From: Chromera velia
Lineage: Eukaryota
DNA length: 51,961 nt
NCBI GenBank assembly: GCA_018398765.1
Contig: JAHBMJ010000264.1
Span: forward strand, 1-51,961
Direction: 5' to 3'
The translations under genes and the position numbers were made by a program. The first letter of the stretch is position 1; every line of letters starts with the position of its first letter. The notes beneath the pieces were generated by a model. The model saw only the letters and a list, made by a program, of their open reading frames with translations, was not told the DNA's origin and did not search any database. This document shows, in pieces, positions 35,507 to 48,127 of the stretch.

Positions 35507-38472
35507 GTGCAGGTGCTGAAAGTCCCAGGGCGCTCCCATAAGGTTCACATTCGCTGTCTGCCGAGGGCGGAGGACGACCACGTGGAGGCCGCGCTGATGG
35601 CCGTGCTCCAAATTCACAGGGACAACCCCATGCCCCCCTCTGCTTCTTCTTCCTCTTCCTCCTCCTTTTCTCTTTTTGCACCTGACAGTGAGGAGCCTCG
35701 AAAGAAGCGAAAAAGAGGCGCTGACAGCGACAAGAAAGGGAAAGCAGGATACGACATCCTGGTGTTTTTGCCTGGCCAGGGAGACATTGAGGCTTTGCAG
35801 GCTCGTTTGAATGAGAAGAGAGAGGTGATGGCTCAAGCCAGGGCGGAGATGGTTGAGGAGAAGTTGCAGGAAATCTTGAGAGCAGAGAGGGGGGAGACCT
35901 CGGGGACAGGAAAGAAGGAAGCGGCTTCCGAGCCAGGGAGTAAAGAGAAAGTAGCAGCGGTGAAGAGAGATGACAGAGAAAACAACACCGGATCGCCCCA
36001 GATGGATTTCCTTCCAGGTTTGCGCAAGCGTAAATTGGACAGTGAAGGAGAAAGTGAGAAAAGCACGACAGAGACAACAGCAGAAGCAAACGGAAAAAAC
36101 GTCACTGTAGAAGGGCAAGGCGGACAAGAAGAAGAACAAGGGGGACAGGAAGTGAAGGATCAAAGGAGGGCAGCAAGCGAGAGAAGAATCAACGCGATTC
36201 GAAAGAAAATCCAGACACCGTGGGATGCCGACATTCTTGTGTTGCCGATTTACGCAGCACTTCCTTTGGAAGAGCAGCAGAAGGTCTTTCAGCCAGCACC
36301 GCCAAACACAAGGAAGGTTAGTGAAAGGCAAATTTAGTTAGGAGGACAGCTCTCCCTCCCTCCCTTCCGTCCTTCCTCGTATGCTTGCATGCATGCCTGT
36401 TTGCTTGCCCGCTTTTCTGCCTTTCTGCGTCGCGGCTTCTTGCTAGCATCTATCTCTCTTTTCTCCCCCCCCTGTGTGCAGGTGGTCTTGGCAACAAACA
36501 TTGCGGAGACGTCCCTGACTGTTCCCGGAATTTCATTCGTTGTGGACACCGGCCTGGCAAAGGTGAAGCAGTTCAAGCCTGCGTCGATGTCGGACCAACT
36601 GGTGCAGGTTCAGGTGGCCAAGGCGAACGTGATGCAGAGGGCCGGAAGAGCGGGGCGAGAGGGGCCAGGTGGGCCTGCAGGCGGCGGGAAGGAGGGAGAA
36701 AGAGGGACTGCGCTTTCCTTGCTATGTGTGTGTGTTTTCGCTTCTTTCGTTCGTTGATCCAGGCTCCAGTTGTCTTGTATACTGAATGTGTTTTCATATC
36801 GAAAGTGCTACTCTTTTGTTTTGGGTTTTGTCCTCCTTCATGGGTTTGTGTGTGGAATTGGAATTTTTGGATGAACAGATCTCCTTCATGAGCTTTCTAG
36901 TTTTTCTTCAGTGGGTGTCTTTTCCTTTGCTCATTTCTTTCCTCAATTCTTCAATTCCTTTCCTCTTTTCTTTTGTTTTCTTCTCTTCTCTTCTCTGATG
37001 CAGGGAACGCTCTGTGGCTTTTCACAGAGGACGATTTCCACTCGCGTCCTGTGAGTCAGTCAGTCAGTCAGTTGGGAAGGAGCTTTTCTGAGTGAATATC
37101 TGTCTGTTTGTCTGGCAGGCTGGATGGGGCTTTGTTCTCTTGATCTGCTCGGCTTTCTGGTGTTTTTTGACGCCTCAAACGTCTGAGGGTCTGCCCATTC
37201 CCCGTTTGTTCCTTTCATCTAGAACCTTCCCCCCCCCCGTCCCCCTCTCTGTCTCTCTCTCTTCATGCCTCCGTTGCACAGCTGAGCAATTAAGTCGTTT
37301 TCCCCTCTTTTTTTCCTCCTCTCCTGCGTGTCTTCGGGCTAGGTGGTTTGCCTGTTTGCTGTTTTCTCATGTCACTGTTCTTTTTCACTTCTTCTCTTCT
37401 GCTCGTTCCCTTCCCCTTCCTTCCCGTAATTTGCTCCCTCCCTCCCTCCCTCCCTCTCTCCCTCCCTCCCTCCCTCCCTCCCTCTTTAGGAACAAATGGA
37501 ACCAGAAATTTTGCGATGTGATCTCGACCACGTGTTTCTGGAGTTGAAAGCTTTGAAAGTGGACAACCCGATCAAGTTCCCCTTCGTCTCCGTTCCCAGC
37601 AAAGAATACCTCAGAGCAGCTGCACACAAACTTCTGAAGTCAGCCTGTGTGAACGAGTTTCGTGCAGATTTTTTCATTCTCCCTTTGTGTCTCTAGCTGG
37701 AACTCTTCACGAAAAGATTGGGGAAAGGGGTTCGAATCCCATCTGTGTTTGAACTTGAGTGTCCTTCCTGTCTCTTGATTACGCAAGGTGAAGCAGCGAA
37801 ATGAAAGCACGAAACGGTAATGCGAAAGAAATTGAACGAGTGGAAGGACGGAGAGACGGAAAGGCTTACTTTCCTTCTCCACTTCTCCACGGGGCTCACG
37901 GAAAGGAAAAAGAGAGGGTCATCATGTCTGTCTGACAGGTCACTTGTATGATGAATGTGAGCATGCATTTTTGCTTGTGTGCGGTTTCTGTATGGTCCCG
38001 CGCGGTCCTTCTTCCTATCTGTGTGTGTCGATCGATCGATCAATGATCAGGTTGGGAGCTCTCGACAAGAAGGGGAACTTGACAGAGATCGGGTCAGGAA
38101 GGGGGAAGTTGTTTTTTGTTCTTTCATCTGCATCCAGATCCTTTCTTCTCCTGCATTGCATCTTTTTCTTCTTTTCTTCTGTCTGGCTTCGGTTTTGTCT
38201 CTTGTTCCCCCACTCCCTCTATTTATTCCTTTGCTTGTTGGAAAGAAACATCTTCCTGCATGCAGGAAAGGAAAGCGGAGAACTCCGTTGGGGGGGGGGG
38301 GGCCTTCCCCCCACCTCATGCAGAATTGTAGAATTGTGGTTGAGGTCTCGTCATGAAATCCGAAATTTGTCTTCTTCCTTCTTTTTGCAGCCAAAAGATG
38401 GCAGTCCTCCCTGTCACTCCGGTCTGCGGTCTTCTTCTGATTGAGTCCGTCTCCTTGGAATGCGCTGCCGAG

Positions 38473-38504
<32 letters not shown>

Positions 38505-40866
38505 GAGGCTGTCTGCGTCGATGGACGGTCGGGATCGGGTTCGGGCAGAGGAAGGACAGTGGGCAGATTGGAAGGAACAGAAGAAGAAAGGCGCAATGCC
38601 AATGCTACATGAATACCTCCCTCCATGCACAGGCTTTCTTTCCTGACTCGCATCTCTCCCTCCCTCCCTCTCTCTGCACCTGCACCTCGTTCGTTCGGGG
38701 GTTGCTGTGGAGAGGGGGGGGGAAGGAGGCCGCTAGGCATGCAGCTGCTTGTGTGTGTGATGCCTTTTTTTGTGGTTTGGGTTGTTGTAGTCGTTGTTTC
38801 TTTCCATTGAATTGAATTGAACTCAATTGAAACAGACCCCAAACTGCGGGGCCATTCTTCGTTGTGCCTCCTCTGTACCCGTCTGTACCCGTTTTGGATA
38901 TCCGGGAGGGCACATGGCTCTCTCTCTTTCGGGGAGAAGCAGACACACGGTTTGACTTCGTCAATTTGCTCCTTCTTTTGAAGCACGTGATCCTTTTCTT
39001 TTTTTTTGTTTGAATGAATGACTCACTGACTGACTGACTGACTGAATGAATGAATGAATGAATGAATGCAGATGTTGACGATCGTCTCCATGCTGAGTGC
39101 CGAAGTCCGCATTGAGGAGCCCAAAAGACTGCAGGGTGAGGCAAGGGCAAAGATACTTATTTAAGAAGCGGTTCACGGTCTTTTCATTCGCACCGAAGCT
39201 TTGGGGGGCAACGTGTTGAAGAAGCGATAGCAGCAAAGGGATAGAGCAAAGTGAAGTCATTCATCGATGTTGTCTATCTATCTGCCTTTCCTCTCTCCTC
39301 CCCGCTCTCCCACGCTTCCTTTCCTTCATCACCCCCTCCCTTCACTGTCGTTTCGAAGGCGCATCCTCATTTCTAGCTCTCTTTTCGTTTTCTTTCTTTC
39401 AGTTGCTGAGCGAAAGGCCTTTGAGACCCTGCATTCATTTTCAAAAAGAATTCTGTTTCAGAGAGCGTATGCATGAAAAAGAATTCTGTATGAAAATGAA
39501 TGCAAACAGGTGCTGAGCGAAAGGCCTTTGAGACCCGTATGAAGAAGCTGAGGCACCCGGAGAGCGACCATCTCACCCTGCTCAGGGTTTACAACACATG
39601 GCACCAGGTCGGTTTGTCGTGTCTTCTCTCTCAGAGAAGCCCGTCCGTTGCTTGCAAGGGGTTTGTGCTCTCCTCTCCAGCCTTGACAATCAAATCAAAG
39701 GAAGGGCAGGAAAACAAAGGGGATCAGGAGGTCGGTCTCTTTTTCTTGTTAGTTGTCTCTGTCTCTGCTGTTCCAATTGACAAGACACTCAATTGAAAAA
39801 TAAATGTGCTCATCTAGAGCGTCGCATTTTGTCCGAAGCGTGCTTGCTCAGTTCGCACTTCTTTCCTTCCCCGTGCTATTTTCTTTAAATTCTCTGTCGT
39901 CTTTGTAGTCTGCGTGATGGAAGGAAGTATCGTCTTTCTCTTCATGAACGTGGACAAAGAACGGAGCCTTGAATGAACGAATGTGTGGTTCACTCATTCG
40001 GTGCATGCAGCTGCCGAAGGACGCTGAAAAGTTTCGGTTTTGCAAAGAACACGGCGTCAATAGCGGGAGTCTGCTCAAAGCAAAAAGCATCCGAGAGCAG
40101 CTCAAGTCTCTGATGCTCCAACAGTTTCAATTGAAATCAATCACATCGGGAGGAAACAATTGGGAAGTAATAAGGAAATGCCTATGTCGGGGATTGTTCC
40201 TTAACTCTGCGGTTCTCGTCAGGGGTGGGGGTGCGATGGGGTTTTCCGGAGCAGATTCGGAGGACGGCAGGGGCCCCGGCAGAGGAATGACAGGCGGCCG
40301 TGTGTACGAGACAAAGGCTACACGAACGGAAGCCAAAATACATCCGAACTCGGTCCTCTTCCATTCCCAGAAAGCTCCAAAGTCAGTCAGAAGGCATCAC
40401 TCTCTGCAGGCACGCAACCACACGCCCATACGTTTCAATTTTCTCACCTGTTTTTCTTTCGTTCTTCGAGACCTTCTTGTTCAATCTTGCACACAATCGA
40501 TTTTCAAAAACGGTTTGCGTTCTTTCTGGTGTGCCCACACACTTTCCGTCGGGTCCGCTTCTCTGGAAACAGTGAAAAGGACCTGCCTGCCGGACTATCC
40601 CTCAGGTGGACCCCCTCGCTGTCCCTCCCGCCACTTCTTTCTTGTACACCCGTCTCTGTTGGTGTGCATCAATCACAGAAGGTGCATTGTGTGAACATGA
40701 TCATCCTGATGAGCAGAATCATTTCATGTGATGATGTTCCTGCAGGTGCATCGTCTTCAGTGAGCTGATTGGATACCTTTGCCGAGAGGTAACAGTGGTT
40801 GACGAGCGGTGGCTTGTTGAGATCCCCACATTTAGAGAAGTACCGGTAGGGGGCGCGCATGCCTGA
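34507..40866 (+). CDS. DEAH-box ATP-dependent RNA helicase (DHX33/Prp22/Prp43 family; ~844 aa, 11 exons)
   Basis: Exons 34507-35076, 35513-36316, 36482-36668, 37004-37050, 37490-37638, 38051-38092, 38391-38472, 39072-39135, 39510-39607, 40011-40381 and 40746-40866 (2535 nt in frame). Motifs GETGSGKTTQ, TQPRRIAA, TDGML, DEAHER, MSAT, DILVFLPG, ATNIAETSLT, QRAGRAGR, SDHLTLL and IHPNSVL. Confidence 0.95.
39404..39536. repeat. 75-bp hairpin insertion flanked by a 26-bp direct repeat of the helicase exon 9 start
   Basis: TGCTGAGCGAAAGGCCTTTGAGACCC at 39404-39429 and 39511-39536. Between them is the inverted repeat TGCATTCATTTTCA...TGAAAATGAATGCA (39430-39504). Confidence 0.9.
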
Positions 40867-40989
40867 TGCAGACGATAGCAGTGTAGCAATAATTATGCCT
40901 TTCACTTACTTAGACTTGATAAATGAGGTAAGTGGACCGCGGCTTGTACCGCAAGAGTGGACCGCAAAAACCTGCCCTGGAACATTATT

Positions 40990-41720
40990 GTGATGGCACA
41001 CATTGAAGTATATATGCTATATTCAATGATATGTTATGAGTTTATTTATGCGAAAGCTAGCAACTAAACTATCAATTTTTAAAAATGATTTTTCATCTTA
41101 AAAGATTATTATGTGATAGATTAAAAGTTTCTAAAAAGGAAATTAGAAATGTGGTCTAGACTTCTTAAATGAGATTTCTGTAAAAAAAATATTAAAATAA
41201 ATTTTATATAATATTTCTCACATATTTGTAAGTTGTAACATATTTCTTAACTTTTTTATAAGCACAGTCACTCAATCTCAATTGGACACAACAGATAAAC
41301 AACTTTGAAATTTTGCCTAAAAATGATCAGTGGGCCCGACTCTCACTAGAGTTAGTTTTCCACATCAGGCTCAACTAGAAGCAACAGTCTAGGGCCTTAC
41401 CTTATAAAATTTTTGCCGGTGACGAAAGCATCAAAAAAGTACCGAAAGCACCGAAAAAAAAACGAAATTGGGGGTTGGTTCCGTTTTTTGGTCTAGGCGT
41501 GATCGGATATGGTGATCCCAATATATTTATTTATATACATAAAAGTGACGACGATTTTATTTTAAATAAATAAGTTAAAACATTAAAACACTTAAAGAAG
41601 AGAAGTTAAAACTAGAACTCAAAAAACTAATCACTTTTCTAGCGTTCTTTGCAGGGTAGTTTTAAAGTATTTAAAGGGAAACTTTTAAAGTTTATAGTTA
41701 AAGACTCGTCGTCCTAGACC
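40990..41720. other. AT-rich non-coding island between convergent genes, probably a decayed repeat
   Basis: Abrupt AT enrichment, several CTAG sites and no ORFs. Termini not identified. Confidence 0.45.
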
Positions 41721-41963
41721 ACGTCCTCAGCTGTTGAGTGAGTCTTGCTTTGGCCTACAGTCTCTTGCTTCAAAGCTAGGCTCAATTAATTTGAATCAAA
41801 GACATGCATGACATGGACTACCAGGAGCTCGGCTCCACCGGCTTAGTCATTCATTCATTCATCAGAACATAACAGTAGTTTTTTCTGTGTTTTTATCTAG
41901 ATTTTTTATATGAAGATGTGATGCAAACCACTAATTAATCTGATCAAATGTGCATCATTCTGC

Positions 41964-44900
41964 TTACGTTGCATTTCTCGTATTGTCAGTAGGGGATGAC
42001 TCGGCTTTTGTTGCAAGTGAAACTGTAACGGCATGACCATGGGTCACGTTCCCGGCAGGCCTTTCTCTTCCTGCTGCTCGAGCTCTCTCCAACGGTGCGC
42101 TCTTCAACGGAAGTGGCGGGGGCTTTGCTTTTGGACGGAGCGGAAGGGGGCGACGTCTTGTGTTTCCAGAAGCCCCAGGTTGTGCACTCTCTCCTGCAGC
42201 GATGACCTTCGAGTTTTTTGTTTCGGCTTCGCGCTGCTGTCCACTCACGTGCACCAGACTGGGTCTGGAGGAGTGCAGCAGGAATTTTCGCCGCAGAGAT
42301 TCAGGAAGCTGTCTGTCCTGTGGGGTCCCGAAGATCCGCACTCGGGGGACTGTCGTGTCCTCTGCAGGGCCGGCCGGGCGTACAAGCACAAGCAAGCACA
42401 CTCTCTCCGTACAAGCAAGCACACTCTCTCTCTCCGTACAAGCAAGCATCGACAGGGTGAGAAAGGGAAGCCATCATGGAAGAAACAATGAAGCGAGAGA
42501 AAGGTAAACAGCAAAGATTTGTACAAAAAAGGAGACATGGAGAGAGAGAAGGAAAGAATGAAAGCCGAGTAAAGAAAAAAAGACAAGAAGAAAATAAATC
42601 AATGGATGGATCAACAGCAAGCTTTTCTGATCGAATATCCGCAGAAGCACCGCCTGGCTGTCTGGAGTAACTAGAGAGAAATCACACCAGATCACGCTCA
42701 CGAAGTCTTCTCTCTCCATTCATACAAACAACGACTGACCCCCCCAAGTGCACACAGGTCCAGATTTGTACATATGGCTCTCGAAATACTCAAACACGGC
42801 ACGAAACGAATCCCCCCCCTCAGATTTTGCTCCACGATGCTCAGCCCGTGCTGGTCTTTCCCCCCTCGCTTCCTCTAGTTCTTCTGCCTCCTTCATCATC
42901 GCGTTCAACGCTTCCTCCTCTTGTTTTTCCAGGGCCCGCACAATCGCATCGACGCGACACCAGAAAACCCTCCCCTCGAAAAGTGCACACGCCGGCCAAG
43001 TGCCGAGCACCTTGACGTACACGCCCTTTCTTCCCGGGGGCCCAGACACAGCGGCAGCAGCCCCTGGATGATCGACAGAGGATCTGTGGTTGAATGCGAA
43101 CCAGACTCTCAGATCGCTCAGGTCTGCACGACATTCATTCGATCAATTGATTCATACATAACAACAGTCACAGTTGAGGTGTCCTTGAGCATTTATTTTT
43201 CTTTTTTCTTTCTGCTGCTTCGGGGACATACACATGCGCACACACAGAGATCGAGGGGAGATACACATGCACACAGAGATCGAGGGGAGATACACTTGCA
43301 CACACACAGAGATCGAGGGGACATACACATGCACACAGAGATCGAGGGGAGATACACTTGCACACAGAAATCGAGAGATAGAGAGGGAATGAGGAAGGGA
43401 GACGGAAGGAGAGATTAAAAAAAAAAAAGACAGACCTTCATCGTCAGCCAGCCTGGAAGGACAGTCCAGAGTAGTCATGCTTTCTCTTCCTTCTGCCTTC
43501 TCCCCTCCGCGTATGACGGGGAGCGCTTCCCATGCAGCCGCGTCGAGACCTTCCGGTTCGTGTGCCGCAGTTATTTCTTGGAGACAGGCAAGCGCAAACG
43601 CAGGCCAAAACCGCTCCAGAGTTTTGAGAAAGTACACCGCTGTTCCGGAGTCTGCATCCAGCCCGCGGAAAGACGAGATGAGATGAGAAGCCGTGCATTC
43701 ATTCGCGTACGCTCTTCCCGACCATGCGAGGCTTTCTGACGACATTGAAGCGATCGACAAAAGTCTGAATCTTCGTCTGTCTGTCTGCCTCTCTAGGTCT
43801 GTCTGTGTGTGCGCGATAATATTGCTGCTCGATTCGTGTGCGAGCGAAAATGTTCGCCTAGATGAAAACACTGGTGTCGCTACGTACGCGAAAAAGCTGA
43901 CTGCGGGTGAGGAGAAACATCTGTCCAGGGAACTTCAATGAACCAAAACAAGAAAGGAAAGGGCGCTTCTGCATGGCCGTGTGTGCGCTTTCTGGATGGA
44001 TCGATCGATCGATCACATTCCCTCCTTCTCTCTCTCTCTCTCCCAGAATGCCTTTTTGACTGACACCCTCCTGCCCTCCCACCTTGAATTTCAGTCTCCT
44101 CTGAAGAGCTGAAGCTTGGGGTGGCGTTCAACTTCCCTCTCTGCCCCCCCCCATCCCACCACCCAGCAGAGGATAATTCTCCATGCCCATGCCGCGACTG
44201 CTGAAGGACATCGCTGCTGCTGCTATCTCCTCGAGATCGAGGCGCCATGAGTACCCTGACTTTTGCCCCTCCGTGAACGCTCACGTCCATGCCCTTCAAT
44301 CTCTTCGGAACATGGGCCCTGCATGAAGGAGGGAAGGAAGGAAGAAGGGAAGGAAGAAAGGAGAAGCACGCGATTGATCCATAAGGAAGGAAGGAAGAAA
44401 CACGTGTTGGATGGATGCTAAATGAAGAAAACAGAAAGAAAAAGGGAAGAGGGGATCAAGCATACGAAGGACCTGTTGATGGCGTCACCCGATCTGTGCA
44501 GAAAGGAGACAGACACGATTGGAGGGAGGGAGGGAGGGAAAAAGGCAAGAAGAAAGGAGAAAAAAAAAGTCTATAGAAGCATGATTTTCCCCTCTCCTCC
44601 CAATATGCCCTTCCCCGCTCCCTTCCTTTGCCGCATAGCTTCGACTTCCTGCCTGCCTGACTGACTGACTCTGTCGGGTACCAGATCTCTTTGAAGGTCT
44701 TGAATCCCTCTCCCCTTTTGCACATGCGAGCCATTCGCATTTCCGAGCACCGAGGACAGTGGGGTGACCCCGTAAACCCCTCTCCTGTGATCTGCTCGCA
44801 CATACAAACAAACAATCCATGCATGCATGCATGCATGCATGAAGTCAGGAGTTAGATGTCACCAGCAGCAATCAGCAAACACATTTAACGTTATCACATC

Positions 44901-47900
44901 ACGGTCAGGAAGGAGAGCTTGCACAACGCATCTTTGCTCTTTGCGCTCGTCCAGACGAGAATGTGTCGCAGGGCTTCCTTCCACTTCTCATCTCATCATG
45001 TGGGAGGACAACGTCAAGGCACGAATCTACATTCATCCATTCTCAAGGATGCACAATCGAACCAACCCTCTTGGGGGAGGTCTGTCCCTTTCCATCCGAT
45101 CTTCTTGACACTCGAATGCAAGCACAGGGTCTGTCCCTTTCCATCCGATCTTCTTGACACTCGAATGCAAGCACAGGGTCTGTCCCTTTCCATCCGATCT
45201 TCTTGACACTCGAATGCAAGCACAGACAGACCCTGCATGAGAGAGAATACTGCATGCCCCCCCAAACACGAATCCATTCCAATCCATGCAGCAGAAAAAG
45301 AAACAGGGGCGAAATGGAAAGCGACAGAATCAAAAGAAAACGTCGGGGAAGGCCACCAGGAAAAGATTCTCGCCCCTTGACCACCCAAAAAGGCAAAAAG
45401 GCGAGGCACGCAAACCAACCTGGAGCGCAATGGCGACAGGCATTTGCCGTCCCCTCTTGAGAGGTCTCTTGTGTCTGAGGGTCCCTATCGCTTTCTCCTT
45501 CAACAGACCAGTCGTCCTCTCCTTCCCTCTCCCTCTGCCTCTGCCTCTCAGGAGTCCCTCGTGCTGTACACGGGAGGAAGAGGAAGGAGAAAACTCCCTG
45601 CTGCTCAGCCGGAGCGCATCTGTAGCATCCCGCTCAGCCCCTTTCTCCTTCTCCTTTTCTTCCTTTTCTCTTTCTTCTTCATACACACCCAGCCGAAATT
45701 GCACTGAGGGTTCCGCGACGACTTTCACGAATGGCTGAATGAACAGCGATGCACTGTCTGACCTCTTCATTCTTTCTCCCACAAGACCACCGTACCCTCC
45801 CACTTCTCTTCCTTTCGTGCTGTTGCAAGAAGGAAAGGAAGGGGAAGCGTTCCGGTGTCTGTCCACTTCTGTCTCGGTCGAGCCCTGCTGAGGCCAAAGA
45901 AGCATACCCACAAATTCTTCAGACCCTTCTCTCTCTCTCTCAGTGTCAACCCGATCAAACTCCAAAAGGTTCTCAGTCCCCGTACCCAGCCTGTCCATCC
46001 CCACCCCACTTGAAAGTTCTCCCCCTGTACACGTCGTTCCTTCTCCAGCACTGCCAGCAGCAACAGACACAGAAACAGGAAATGAAGGAGAAGAAGGTCC
46101 AAACTCAGAGCCCTCCAAAGTGAAAACCTTCACCCGGCCCTCCACGAACTCTCCGTGCCACTGCTCTGTGACGGGATCAAAATGCTCAAACCCGCTTGCA
46201 AGTGAAAGCTTCATGACTCCGTCGGTGAGATTGGAATCAATCTGCCAATTTCGGTCAGCAAAGTGGAATCTGCAGAATCGAATAGAATAAAATAAAGAGT
46301 TGCACAGCAAAGATCTTCCCTACTGTTAGTGTATGTGCGTGAGGGCGAGCGTACTTGTGTGTGTGTGTGTGTGTGCCTTCCTCCTACCGCCGTGCAACCC
46401 AATGGAAGCTGCGAAAACGAGCAAACAAAGGCAAACATGAACACCAAGTGCTCTATCTGCATTCCAGGTAGATCTCTCTTGTCCCACCGACACCGAAGGG
46501 TGTGAGGGGATGCGACAAAGGAAGATCACCACTTGACAAGGAGACGGGTTTGGTTTCCATGTGCGAAAGAAAATGGGATGGACAAGCAAGGGGCCACAGG
46601 TTTCTGAGATAGACAACGAAAGAAACGGGCACGTAAGTACATTCCCTGTCTCTGTTCGTTCATTTGAGTGTCAATGCATCCATCTGCAACCACAGGTGTT
46701 CTGCATACACGTCTTTTCGTCGCATCCCCCCCCCTTTCTCCCTTCCTGCACATTTCTGGAAAAGTTTGTCAGGTCAGCGTGAAACCTCCTAACAATGGAG
46801 GTCTACATGACCCTTTTTGTTTCACGTTTCTTCACCCACTGAAGTACTTCCTCTCTCCAACAGACCCTCTCTGACTGACTGATGAGACACCGACAAATAG
46901 GCCCGACAGTCCAACGAACCAACCTGCTATTTGCAAAGTCCAAGGTTGCCTGCGTGGGAAAGCGCACCTCTTCGAAGAACAAGTGCCATGGGGGGCACGA
47001 CTTCAAGGAGGGGGGGGCAGAAGAGGATGAGGAGGAGGAAGAAGAGGAAGGGGAGGAATCATCTGGTAGTGTCTGGTGGATGGAACGCGACACCTGCTGC
47101 TGCGTTTGGGTGTGCAGGTGCTGTTGCTGTGGCGTCGCTTTGAATTGGAGGAACCTGAAGACCTCCACCATTCTTCCCAATTGACCGGGTGTCAAGTTCT
47201 TTCCTGCTGACGGAAGGACATGGACCTGCATGGAGGGAGGAAGGAAAAGGGAAAAGGGTGAGGGAGATCGACAGACAGATGAAGAAACGTATGTCGCGAA
47301 ACACGAGAGAGGCAGAAGAGGCTGCAGAGGGAAAACGGGGCACACAGGATTCAACAGGCGCATGCTCTAAGATGTCTGGCAGCAGTCTTATACACGTCAT
47401 GAGTTTGAAAGAGACTGAAGCCGGGAAGGAAAGAAATGGTCAGTCTGGCGGCCACAAAGGACACACGTATTTGAGCAACCCGGGAAAAAAACCGTGGGAG
47501 CCAGGGGGCAAAGAAAGTCTGAGGATACTCCACATAGATGAATAGAATCAGGTGTACCTCTCTCGAAACAGGTGGTGAACGAACCCGAAAGAAAACCCGA
47601 AAGACCTCCTTCCAAGAGAAGGGAGGCTTCAGTTCTGCCTCCGTGTGGTGCTGCAGGAAGCTGTCTGCTTCCCCTCCTTCCGGTACGCTTGCTGCTGTTC
47701 TTTCCTTTTCTTTACTTCCCGACAGATCTTGTCGTTCTACCACTGGCACTTGGACTGCCGTGCCACTGCCGCTCTCTGCCGTCGACGCTGACGCTGACGA
47801 TGATGCCCCCGTAGCTGCCACAGCCTTCCCTCTTCCCCGTCTCTGCTGCTTCATGAGGTGACGTTGTAGGGTCTTTTGGATGAGCAGCTTCCTATCATCC

Positions 47901-48127
47901 CCCCTCGCCGAGCTGATCAAGCGAGCAATGGTACACAGAGAGTGGAATTGCCATACAAGCGCAGTGTCAGCCTTAGAAACGTCAAACACTGTGTGACAGA
48001 GACGCTCCAGCGGAGGAATCTCTTCCCCCTGAAGAAACGCGAAGATATGCGCACCCACGGCTTGCACCAGATCCTCGAAGTTTGCGGGTGGGCAAACGCT
48101 CGAGGCAGAAGAGACCGTTGTGTCCAT
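41964..48127 (-). CDS. F-box-like domain protein, otherwise uncharacterised (~1070 aa, ~9 exons)
   Basis: N-terminal FEDLVQAVGAHIFAFLQGEEIPPLERLCHTVFDVSKADTALVW fits the F-box spacing. Phase-compatible exons are 48127-47558, 47225-46924, 46269-45420, 44791-44670, 44318-44083, 43932-43902 (tentative), 43764-43436, 43123-42740 and 42361-41964. Confidence 0.6.
43242..43380. repeat. Intronic ~29-31-bp minisatellite, about 5 copies
   Basis: CACAGAGATCGAGGGGAGATACAC(A/T)TGCA repeated. Confidence 0.85.
45079..45225. repeat. Perfect 49-bp tandem repeat, 3 copies
   Basis: GGTCTGTCCCTTTCCATCCGATCTTCTTGACACTCGAATGCAAGCACAG at 45079, 45128 and 45177. Confidence 0.95.

Noticed and set aside
34522..36331. 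Long antisense ORFs over the helicase and other exons
   Set aside because: They are shadow frames of real coding exons.
37728..37740. tRNA T-arm/B-box-like GGGTTCGAATCCC
   Set aside because: No acceptor stem, D-arm or anticodon arm could be built around it, and it lies in an intron.
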